A DNA stretch of 64,000 bases. Source: Candidatus Coprovivens sp. Its GTDB lineage: Bacteria; Bacillota_I; Bacilli_A; RF39; UBA660. The notes below the pieces were generated by a model that worked only from the letters and a program-made list of their open reading frames with translations, searched no databases and was not told the DNA's origin. Of this stretch, positions 10,485-18,609 are shown piece after piece. Position numbers and translations under genes: made by a program. The stretch spans positions 80,813 through 144,812 of the forward strand of contig JBJFGS010000025.1 in NCBI GenBank assembly GCA_051892935.1, read 5' to 3'. Each line of letters opens with the position of its first letter. Position 1 is the stretch's first letter.

Positions 10485-11312
10485 ATGAAAGAAAAAAAAG
10501 ACATCAAATATCTTGTCAAAAGTAACAATTACATAGGACTATTATTCTTCGCGCTAGTACTAGCATCACTATTATATATATTAAAAAAAGAAGAAACAAC
10601 ATTTCAAAACATCGAACCAACTATGAATGAAATAACAAACTTACAAGAACAACCTAAAGAAATAACAGAGCCAACAAAAGAAATATCAGATCTCCAAAAC
10701 TATCTAAATACCGGAGATCCAAACACATTTAATATATATCAATCACATTATATATTAAATGAAAAAATAACAAAAGATAACCTTAATAACGAAACTCTTC
10801 TATATATGGCATATAAATATATAGAAAAAACAACCGACTTCACAAACTATATAAACTACCTGGGTTGTGATGAAGCTCAAATCATAGGACTAGATAATCA
10901 AATAACACAATGTGGTGGAACCAAAATAAATGCTACTACTTATACGATGAACAGATATATTACAAAAGAATTATTAAATAAAACAATCAAAAAAATATTT
11001 AACATAAATCTAACTCAATATACAAACTTTTATACAAGTGAAGATAATCTATGTTACTATTTAAAAGACGAATTTTTATGTGTTTCCCATCAAACAAATA
11101 AAATAACAAATTATGGCGAAAAAGAATTTCAAAAAGCATACAAATATAATAATAAAATAGAAATTATAGAAAAATATCATTTCATAAATAATGGAATATA
11201 TTACAAAGGTTTTAATAGCCAAGAAATAGGTGAAGGATATTATAAAAGTACCTTCAATAAAATAAATGGTTCATATTACTGGGAAAGCACAGAGTATTAC
11301 GAAATAAACTAG
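10485..11312 (+). CDS. hypothetical membrane-anchored / secreted protein (Tyr/Asn-rich ectodomain)
   Basis: RBS AGGTGA then ATG. N-terminal KKDIKYLVK + IGLLFFALVLASLLYIL signal anchor. Confidence 0.5.
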   Translation: MKEKKDIKYLVKSNNYIGLLFFALVLASLLYILKKEETTFQNIEPTMNEITNLQEQPKEITEPTKEISDLQNYLNTGDPNTFNIYQSHYILNEKITKDNLNNETLLYMAYKYIEKTTDFTNYINYLGCDEAQIIGLDNQITQCGGTKINATTYTMNRYITKELLNKTIKKIFNINLTQYTNFYTSEDNLCYYLKDEFLCVSHQTNKITNYGEKEFQKAYKYNNKIEIIEKYHFINNGIYYKGFNSQEIGEGYYKSTFNKINGSYYWESTEYYEIN

Positions 11313-11331
11313 TTATTTTAACTAGTTTTTT
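11306..11331 (+). terminator. Intrinsic terminator closing the AAA cluster
   Basis: Perfect hairpin AAACTAGTTA-TT-TAACTAGTTT followed by TTTTC. Confidence 0.6.
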
Positions 11332-11343
11332 CTTGATATTTCC

Positions 11344-11372
11344 TTGACATATCAAGTGTCTAGCAATATAAT
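11344..11372 (+). promoter_or_regulatory. Consensus sigma-A-type promoter (TTGACA-17-TATAAT) for the HTH gene, overlapped by a palindrome
   Basis: TTGACA 11344-11349, 17-bp spacer, TATAAT 11367-11372. Inverted repeat CTTGATAT (11332-11339) / ATATCAAG (11349-11356) straddles the -35. Confidence 0.6.
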
Positions 11373-11408
11373 TAAGATGTAAAATATAAAAGAAAGGAAT
11401 TGGTAAAA

Positions 11409-12176
11409 ATGCGTAAATTAAATGAATTATTTCAAGAATTAGGAATATCTAAAGTAAGATTAGCAAAATATTTAGGAGTTTCAAGACAAATGGTCTATAA
11501 CTATCTAGAACTAAATGATATAAATAAATGGCCAAAAGAAAAAAAATTATTACTATTTAAATTATTAGATATAAATGATAGTAACGCAATAGAAGATATT
11601 CAAGTAACAACAGACTACTTAATGAATGTTGAAAGTAGATTAAATCAAGGAGTAAAAAGTACGGCTGAAATGGATAATGGTTTAAACTTCAAAGGTTTAA
11701 ATAAAGAATCACAAGTACTCCTAAGCGATATAACTTATCTTCTAAAAGAAAAATTAAGTGATGAGACAAAAGAAGAAAACTACTATGCTATTTTATATCT
11801 ATATCATCTACTACAATCTTTAGATAATGTTCCAGAAATTAAATATATATTTGGTTATATGAGTAAAACAACAGGATTTACCAATCCAGAAGAATATAAA
11901 TTTCAAGAAGATAAACAATTTATTTTTGAAGGTATCCTATACTCAGCTTTAACATTATACAACAACGGAGGAGCATCTCGTTCTAAGTTAGCCGAATCAC
12001 ATAAACGTTTTGTACAAGAAATAGAACAAAAAAATGAAGAAAAACTTTCTCGTACACAACAACTAAATACAATAAAAATTCAAGCACTTAAAGAACTAGG
12101 ATTCACAGAAATAAACGAAAGCAATGCTGCCGAAGTATTTGAAAAAATAGCAGAAATTCAATCAAGAAAGGTTTAG
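11409..12176 (+). CDS. XRE-family helix-turn-helix domain protein with an uncharacterised C-terminal domain
   Basis: N-terminus LGISKVRLAKYLGVSRQMVYNY is a Cro/C1-type HTH. ATG 11409 behind AAAGGAA. Own promoter and own terminator (monocistronic). Confidence 0.7.
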   Translation: MRKLNELFQELGISKVRLAKYLGVSRQMVYNYLELNDINKWPKEKKLLLFKLLDINDSNAIEDIQVTTDYLMNVESRLNQGVKSTAEMDNGLNFKGLNKESQVLLSDITYLLKEKLSDETKEENYYAILYLYHLLQSLDNVPEIKYIFGYMSKTTGFTNPEEYKFQEDKQFIFEGILYSALTLYNNGGASRSKLAESHKRFVQEIEQKNEEKLSRTQQLNTIKIQALKELGFTEINESNAAEVFEKIAEIQSRKV

Positions 12177-12193
12177 CAATAAACCTTTTTTAT
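12168..12193 (+). terminator. Intrinsic terminator (hairpin overlapping the stop codon)
   Basis: AAGGTTTA-GCAA-TAAACCTT then TTTTTAT. Confidence 0.55.
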
Positions 12194-12209
12194 AATAAAA
12201 GGAGTATAT

Positions 12210-12791
12210 ATGAAAAAGAAAATAATAATATTATCTAGCTTACTATTATTAATTAGTGGATGTAAAGAAAAAGAAATAGAATGTGAAGAGCAAAAAGAAG
12301 AAACACTAATAAAATATAATAATACAAAAATAACCGAAAAAGATGCTCTAGAAGAAACAAAAGAATATATCTTTCCAGTTATATTTGAAAAAGTAATAGG
12401 AGATATTTTAACAGAAGAAATGAAGGATAAACTCGAAGATGGAAATAACTACGCAGAAGAAACAATAGAAGAACTAAAAACTTACTATGAAGATGAACTT
12501 GAAAAAGCAATAATATCCTATACATCATATAAAACAATAGAAGAATATAAAAGATCAATTTTAATAAGTTATTTACAAGAAGAATATTTTAAAGAATATA
12601 TTAGCAATAAAGAAAAAATAGATTACAACGAAATTACCGATGATAATTTAACTAATTATTATAAAAAATATTATGTTGAGAGTATAAACGACTTATTAAA
12701 AAAATATAATGTAACATTCGAAAATAAAGATTATAAAAAGATGTATGAAAAATATATAGAAGAAAAAGAAACTTACTATAATAATAACTAA
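12210..12791 (+). CDS. putative lipoprotein (Glu/Lys/Tyr-rich)
   Basis: Signal peptide + lipobox LLISGC. RBS AAAGGAG. Confidence 0.6.
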   Translation: MKKKIIILSSLLLLISGCKEKEIECEEQKEETLIKYNNTKITEKDALEETKEYIFPVIFEKVIGDILTEEMKDKLEDGNNYAEETIEELKTYYEDELEKAIISYTSYKTIEEYKRSILISYLQEEYFKEYISNKEKIDYNEITDDNLTNYYKKYYVESINDLLKKYNVTFENKDYKKMYEKYIEEKETYYNNN

Positions 12792-12811
12792 AGCACATTT
12801 TGTGCTTTTTT
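12791..12811 (+). terminator. Intrinsic terminator
   Basis: AAGCACA-TTTT-GTGCTT followed by TTTTTT. Confidence 0.55.
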
Positions 12812-13004
12812 AATAATTTAAAGTGTCCTATTAGCATAATAAGAATAGAGAAGGGGAAGATAAAGAAATTAAAGAAAACATTCTTAAAAATAGCTAAAAA
12901 CGCCCAAAAATATATAACATAAATAAAATTAATAAGTATGAAAAAATAATAATTAAAAAATAAAAAGATCAAACTCATAAACATAACATTTGTTCGCTAG
13001 CAAA

Positions 13005-13053
13005 AATTAAAAAACTCCCCCTATTCAAAAATGCAAAAATTAATAGGGGACTC
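13005..13053 (-). terminator. Candidate intrinsic terminator on the minus strand, ~650 nt downstream of the zupT stop
   Basis: Minus strand reads GAGTCCCCTATT-(16-nt loop)-AATAGGGGGAG followed by TTTTTTAATTTTT. Confidence 0.4.
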
Positions 13054-13099
13054 GAATTAAAAAAATACAAATAAAACATTCAAAAAAAAGATACAATTA

Positions 13100-13355
13100 T
13101 TCAATGAGATAATGAAACTAATCATATAATTAAATCTCGAATCCTAATTTGAAATAACCACAGTCCATAGATTGATAATTTATCAATTATTTAAATGTCG
13201 ATTCCAATTTCATAATACAGATTACGAAATATTAATTCCACGAGATGATAAATTGTTCATCTTTTAAAATCTCGATGCCGATTTAAAACAATAAATAAGA
13301 AACGAGACGATGAAGTATTCATCAAAAGAAATCTCGATTCCTAATTTAAAAGTTT
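13100..13355. repeat. Degenerate tandem array, four units of ~60-74 bp, each ending in a ~24-bp conserved core AAATCTCGAWTCCNAATTTNAAA
   Basis: Cores at ~13132, 13192, 13266, 13329. The inter-core segments are also similar to each other (..CGAGATGATAAATTGTTCATC.. / ..CGAGACGATGAAGTATTCATC..). Each unit contains inverted GAGAT...ATCTC. Confidence 0.6.
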
Positions 13356-13718
13356 AAATAGAAATCAAGCTAAAGAACTAATAAGCTAACAGAAATTCGT
13401 TTCCAATAAATGCCAAACCAAAAACGAACAAATGTATAACATATAAGAAAATAATAATTTTAAATTTTTTCTTAAATTAAAGATTAATTAAATAATAATT
13501 ATATAATATATATTAATAAAATAAAACTAAAGAAAAATAACATAATAAAGAAATAAATTAACAAAATAATTTTCTATATATAAATGAATTTTTAAATTAA
13601 ATATTTAACTTCGTATAATATATATTATGTTAACCAATTAAATATTTTATAAAAAATAAATACTATTATTCATAATAATTATATTTATAAAGTTTAAAAA
13701 AGCTCATATTAAAAACTT

Positions 13719-14447
13719 CTATAAAGATATGATAATTATTATAATTCCAAATATAATCCCCATAATAAGCCATTTATAACATTTATAAGAGATTCCTTCT
13801 TTTAAAATTTTTAAAACACTAAGACTAATCATAATACCACCAGTAATTATTAGAATAATACTCATAATAAAATCATTAATAAAATTATTTAAAAAAATAA
13901 TACTAAATAAAGCACCAAAAACTTCCCCCATAGAACTAATAATAGTCATAAAAAAAGCTTTCCCCCTACTTCCAGTACTATAATAAATAGGTAAACTAAT
14001 ACATATTCCTTCCGGAATATTATGAATCATAATAATAAAACTCATCTTCAAACCTAAAGAAAGATTATTACTACTAGTTAAAGCACAAATAACTCCTTCA
14101 GGAACATTATGAACAAATAAACTAAGCATACTAAGAATACCTATCTTATATAAGCTACTCTCCCCTACAATATTTCTATCAATAACAAAAACAATTATAT
14201 AACCAATCAATAATAAAATTAAACCATACACAAAAATACCAAATATACTAAAATCATTATTAACCAATAATAAACCATCAGGAATTAATTCTATAATAGA
14301 GATTAAAAACATAACTATAAAAGATAACCCCATTGAAAAAGAGATTAACTTATTTTTATATTTTACATCAATAAATAATAGTATATTTCCTAATATAGTA
14401 GCAAATCCAGCTATAAAAGTTATAATTAAAGGATAAATATTTTTCAT
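13719..14447 (-). CDS. zupT: ZIP-family zinc transporter (ZupT-like)
   Basis: Two HNxPEG motifs (VHNVPEGV, IHNIPEGI), 8 predicted TM, 242 aa. Confidence 0.85.
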   Translation of the reverse strand: MKNIYPLIITFIAGFATILGNILLFIDVKYKNKLISFSMGLSFIVMFLISIIELIPDGLLLVNNDFSIFGIFVYGLILLLIGYIIVFVIDRNIVGESSLYKIGILSMLSLFVHNVPEGVICALTSSNNLSLGLKMSFIIMIHNIPEGICISLPIYYSTGSRGKAFFMTIISSMGEVFGALFSIIFLNNFINDFIMSIILIITGGIMISLSVLKILKEGISYKCYKWLIMGIIFGIIIIIISL

Positions 14448-14530
14448 AGTAAATTATATTCAATAAATTACCAACTATTACCATAATATATTATTAAATA
14501 TAGCTAATAATAGTATTAGGAGGTTAGATT

Positions 14531-14656
14531 ATGAGCAGAAAAGAAAATAATCAAAAATCTTCTAGTAGATGTAATAATAATGCTAGAAGCAAAGAAAGAT
14601 CTAATGCTAGATCAAATGAACAAAAACAATCTGGATCAAAAAGCCAAAATAAGTAA
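14531..14656 (+). CDS. small basic Ser/Asn/Arg-rich protein (41 aa)
   Basis: Perfect RBS TAGGAGGT, 7 nt, then ATG. MSRKENNQKSSSRCNNNARSKERSNARSNEQKQSGSKSQNK. Followed by a terminator hairpin. Not in the ORF track. Confidence 0.45.
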   Translation: MSRKENNQKSSSRCNNNARSKERSNARSNEQKQSGSKSQNK

Positions 14657-14664
14657 TCAAAATA

Positions 14665-14697
14665 AAAAGAACTATTTTTTAGTTCTTTTATTTTTTT
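14665..14697. terminator. Bidirectional intrinsic terminator between convergent genes
   Basis: AAAAGAACTA-TTTTT-TAGTTCTTTT flanked by A-run and T-run. Overlaps the stop of the minus-strand gene. Confidence 0.5.
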
Positions 14698-15311
14698 ACC
14701 AAACAAGTAACTGCTTCTCTATCTTTTGTCTCACTATTAACATAATAGCAAGTACATAAATTTTCCCTGCAGCTACCACAATCAACAGCAGTAGCACATT
14801 TCGTTAATCTAATTTTCTCGCTATTTTGAGGGCTAACTGAACCAGGGTTATTAACAACTTTTTCTAAACCTGCAACTTTAGTTGCTCCTTGCTTATTTAA
14901 ATTAGTATATGAACTAGGAATAATTATAGTAAAGCCATCATCGCACTTAGTTTCATACAAATTAGTAAGTTTTTCGTTAAGTACTTTAAATTCAGCCAAT
15001 TGAGCGATACATGAATTTAAATTTATATTATCACAATAATATTTATTATCTAAGTAAGTAAACCAACTACCAACTATATCCAAACTATAATTCTGTATTT
15101 CTTTTCTTTTAGCATCTTCTTTTTTATATTCCTCAAGTAATTCTATTACAGGTTCTAGTTCACTTACACTTCCACTAACATAATACTTAGTCAAACTATT
15201 CGTAACAATCTCCGTATAATCTGAAGTTTTAAAATCAATAATTTTTTTACCTCCAAAAATAATTCCTACAATCAATAATATTATTAGTATAATAGGTAAA
15301 GCCTTTTTCAT
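14688..15311 (-). CDS. hypothetical secreted / membrane-anchored protein with Cys-rich C-terminus
   Basis: N-terminal MKKALPIILIILLIVGIIFGG anchor. C-terminal C..C..C.C motifs. Start overlaps the upstream recombinase stop by 4 nt. Confidence 0.5.
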   Translation of the reverse strand: MKKALPIILIILLIVGIIFGGKKIIDFKTSDYTEIVTNSLTKYYVSGSVSELEPVIELLEEYKKEDAKRKEIQNYSLDIVGSWFTYLDNKYYCDNINLNSCIAQLAEFKVLNEKLTNLYETKCDDGFTIIIPSSYTNLNKQGATKVAGLEKVVNNPGSVSPQNSEKIRLTKCATAVDCGSCRENLCTCYYVNSETKDREAVTCLVKK

Positions 15312-16210
15312 AAATCCTCCTTATAAATTTTATTTCTTGGATGACATTGATAATCACTCTTTATTTTCTCATTTACTAAATGAGCATATATTTGTGTAGT
15401 AGATATATCTTCGTGTCCAAGTAATTCTTGTATAATTCTCAAATCTGCCCCATTTTTTAATAAATGAGTAGCAAAAGAATGTCTAAGTACATGAGGAGAT
15501 ACATTTTTCTCTATTCCAGCTCTTTTACATTCTTTCTTTAATATTTTAAAAAATCCTTGCCTACTTATATTAGTCAAACTATTAGAAATAAACAAATAAT
15601 CGGATACTTTATCTTTTAAAATAATATTTCTATATTCCGTAACATAAATAGTCAAATATTTTAAAGCTAAATCAGTAACAGGAACTATTCTTTCCTTTTT
15701 GCCTTTCCCCATAACTCTTATAAAACAATTTTGAACATCAACATCAATTAATTTTAAATTACACAATTCAGTTATTCTAAGCCCTGTTGCATAAAGTAAT
15801 TCTAACATTGCTTTATTTCGATAGTCATAAGGGGTTAATAAGTTTATATTAAGTAACTTATTTACTTCATCTTCAGTTAAATAAGTTGGTAATTTCCTAG
15901 CATTCTTAGGACTAGAAATATTACTACAAGGATTTTCCTTTATAATATTATCATTAACTAAAAAAGTATAAAAAGAATTAATAACTGTTGTATAATGAGA
16001 AATAGTTCTAGAATTCTTATCTTGTATTGTAGCAATATATTTTTTTAAATCATCATAAGTATTATTAACGACATTTCCTTTAAAGAAAATATCAAAGTCT
16101 TTAAGATCATTTAAATAACTCTTTAAAGTATTATTAGATAACTTTCTTTCGAATTCTAAATACTTTAAATACTTATTAATATATTCACTAGGAACATATT
16201 CATCTTTCAT
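15308..16210 (-). CDS. Tyrosine site-specific recombinase, XerD/XerC family
   Basis: ARKLPTYLTEDEV, LLYATGLRITEL, GKGKKERIVPV, HVLRHSFATHLL, LLGHEDISTTQIYAHL: full catalytic R..K..H..R..H..Y set, 300 aa. Confidence 0.85.
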   Translation of the reverse strand: MKDEYVPSEYINKYLKYLEFERKLSNNTLKSYLNDLKDFDIFFKGNVVNNTYDDLKKYIATIQDKNSRTISHYTTVINSFYTFLVNDNIIKENPCSNISSPKNARKLPTYLTEDEVNKLLNINLLTPYDYRNKAMLELLYATGLRITELCNLKLIDVDVQNCFIRVMGKGKKERIVPVTDLALKYLTIYVTEYRNIILKDKVSDYLFISNSLTNISRQGFFKILKKECKRAGIEKNVSPHVLRHSFATHLLKNGADLRIIQELLGHEDISTTQIYAHLVNEKIKSDYQCHPRNKIYKEDL

Positions 16211-16289
16211 ATTACCACCCTACTATTAAAATTATATAAAATTTCTCATAAAAAGTAAATTACTAAAAAAGATAATCTTTCGATTACCT

Positions 16290-17336
16290 TTAACAACCCC
16301 CAGCACCTACCCACATATCTTCAGAATAAGTATTTATTATCTCTTCTTTTAATTTACCATTATTAATAGAAAGTTTAAATTCAGTAAAAATATCACAACT
16401 TCCAACAACATAATAAATATAATTATCTCCAATATCAAGATAAGAATCAGTATAAATCATATATGAAGTTTTAGTTTCACCAGTAACATCATCATCAATT
16501 GTAGTTTCAACCGCTTTAGTATAATTCATTTTTAAAGTATATTCTTTATCTACATATATACCTTGTAAACTAAAGTAAGAAAGTTGATTTATAATCTCCT
16601 TTAAAACAACTCCATCACTATTCAAAATATATGCAATATTTTCATAAGTGTTTCTATGATTAAAAATATTATTATCCGATATAATATCATTGTTATTTCC
16701 TAAAAATAACACTAAGTACTCATCTTTTTCATCTTCCGACTTAAATGTTTTAGAAACATATAAATTATCGTTAAAATAATTATCTATAACACTAGAATCA
16801 GTAAAAACAGAAACAATAGATATATCAATAGATTTATTTCCAGCTAAAAATACTTCTCGTCTTAAAACATAATAATCTTTTGAATCATTATCATCAAAAT
16901 CAGCTTCTACATATGATTCTTTATCCAAATAATAATAAAATATTAATGGAACTTTATGTCCATTTAAAACAGCCTCTTTATTAACTTCTTTATAGAATGT
17001 ATATTTATCATTTTTTACTGGAGGCAATAATTCTTTGTTTTCATCCAAATTATCTTTTAAATCAAGATTTTCTTTACTTTGATTATCTTTTTCTAAAGTG
17101 TTATCATTTTTTGCATGCATTAAATACAAATTCCATCCACCAAAACCAATAATACCTATCAATATCAGGAATAACAATACAATCAAAAAAACATTACTTT
17201 TCCTTTTTTTAGGCATGACATCTTTAGGGATAGTTACACCATTGTTTCCATTTTCTTCTAAAACTTCATTAGATCTACTAGGTCTAATAACATTATTATT
17301 CACTTCCAACACCTCACTACTATTAAATAATAACAC
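16290..17336 (-). CDS. hypothetical N-terminally anchored protein (Tyr/Asp/Asn-rich ectodomain)
   Basis: KKRKSNVFLIVLLFLILIGIIGFGG signal anchor. True start uncertain (in-frame GTG behind GAGGTG, or the downstream ATG). Confidence 0.5.
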   Translation of the reverse strand: MLLFNSSEVLEVNNNVIRPSRSNEVLEENGNNGVTIPKDVMPKKRKSNVFLIVLLFLILIGIIGFGGWNLYLMHAKNDNTLEKDNQSKENLDLKDNLDENKELLPPVKNDKYTFYKEVNKEAVLNGHKVPLIFYYYLDKESYVEADFDDNDSKDYYVLRREVFLAGNKSIDISIVSVFTDSSVIDNYFNDNLYVSKTFKSEDEKDEYLVLFLGNNNDIISDNNIFNHRNTYENIAYILNSDGVVLKEIINQLSYFSLQGIYVDKEYTLKMNYTKAVETTIDDDVTGETKTSYMIYTDSYLDIGDNYIYYVVGSCDIFTEFKLSINNGKLKEEIINTYSEDMWVGAGGC

Positions 17337-17408
17337 AAAATACCTAAAAAAAATAAAAAAATATCAAATTTTCTTATATTTTGTTATAATTAATTATAGG
17401 TGATCAAT

Positions 17409-18608
17409 ATGGAAGTACTTGCAGACAAACTAAGACCACAATGTATCAACGACATAATTGGTCAAAAACATCTTGTTGGTGAAAATAAAATAATCAGAAA
17501 TTTAGTAGAAAATAATCACATTGTAAGTATGATATTATATGGAAAACCAGGTATAGGAAAAACTTCAATAGCTTGTGCCATTGCTCAAGAAATAAAAAAA
17601 CCATACCGTATGTTAAATGCAACCATAAATAACAAGCAAGACTTTGATATAGTAATTGAAGAAGCTAAAATGAACGGTGAAATGATTGTTATAATGGATG
17701 AAATACATCGTCTAAATAAAGACAAACAAGACTTATTACTTCCATATATTGAAAATGGTTTAATAATTCTTATAGGAATGACAACATCGAATCCATATCA
17801 TAAAATAAATCCAGCAATTAGAAGTCGTTGTCAAATATTCGAATTAAAAGAACTTACAATAGAAGATATAAAAGAAGGACTAGACAGAGCATCAAAGCAT
17901 TTAAAAGGTCTTATAATAGACGAAGATGCCAAAAATACAATTGCTCGTTTATCATCAGGTGATTTAAGGAACGCCATAAATTTACTGGAAGTATCATATT
18001 ATGCTACTAAAGATAAACATATAACATTAGAAGTCGTTGAAAAAATAAATGCCAAAGCTGTCTTTTTTTCAGATGCTAATGAAGATGCCCACTACGATGT
18101 ATTATCAGGACTTCAAAAATCAATAAGAGGATCAGATGTTGATGCATCACTACACTACTTAGCTAGATTAATTACCGAAGGAGATTTAGATAGTATATAT
18201 AGAAGATTAAGCGTTATCGCTTATGAAGATATAGGGCTTGCAAATCCAGGAATAGGACCTAAAGTAATTGCAGCTATCGAAGCGGCAGAACTTGTTGGAC
18301 TACCAGAAGCTAGAATACCATTAGGAACTATTGTTACAGAAATGGCCTTAAGCCCTAAAAGTAATAGCGCCCACATTGCCCTAGATGCTGCACTATCAGA
18401 TATAGAATCAGGAACAACGGGAAACTTACCAGAACACATAAAAACAAATTCGCCACTATATAAGTACCCTCACGACTATCCAAATGCTTGGGTAAATCAA
18501 CAATATCTTCCAGATAACATAAAAAATAAAAAATACTATAAACCTAAAAACAATAAATACGAATTAAATTTAAATAAAATACATTCAGAAATGAAAGGTG
18601 GAAAATAA
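17409..18608 (+). CDS. rarA: Replication-associated recombination protein A (RarA/MgsA AAA+ ATPase)
   Basis: GKPGIGKTS Walker A. MgsA-type C-terminal region (ARLITEGDLD..IYRRL..IAYEDIGLANP). RBS AGGTGA, 6 nt, then ATG 17409. Confidence 0.85.
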   Translation: MEVLADKLRPQCINDIIGQKHLVGENKIIRNLVENNHIVSMILYGKPGIGKTSIACAIAQEIKKPYRMLNATINNKQDFDIVIEEAKMNGEMIVIMDEIHRLNKDKQDLLLPYIENGLIILIGMTTSNPYHKINPAIRSRCQIFELKELTIEDIKEGLDRASKHLKGLIIDEDAKNTIARLSSGDLRNAINLLEVSYYATKDKHITLEVVEKINAKAVFFSDANEDAHYDVLSGLQKSIRGSDVDASLHYLARLITEGDLDSIYRRLSVIAYEDIGLANPGIGPKVIAAIEAAELVGLPEARIPLGTIVTEMALSPKSNSAHIALDAALSDIESGTTGNLPEHIKTNSPLYKYPHDYPNAWVNQQYLPDNIKNKKYYKPKNNKYELNLNKIHSEMKGGK

Positions 18609-18609
18609 A

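Noticed and set aside
12652-12984. 110-aa minus-strand ORF in the spacer after the lipoprotein gene
   Set aside because: It overlaps the 3' end of the plus-strand gene and its terminator. Its Phe/Ile/Asn-rich low-complexity translation reflects AT-rich DNA. It has no RBS.
13100-13355. CRISPR array interpretation of the ~24-bp repeated cores with ~36-50-bp intervening segments
   Set aside because: Repeats are degenerate (3-5 mismatches per 24). The spacers are homologous to each other, so the true unit is a ~63-bp tandem duplication. No cas genes are nearby.
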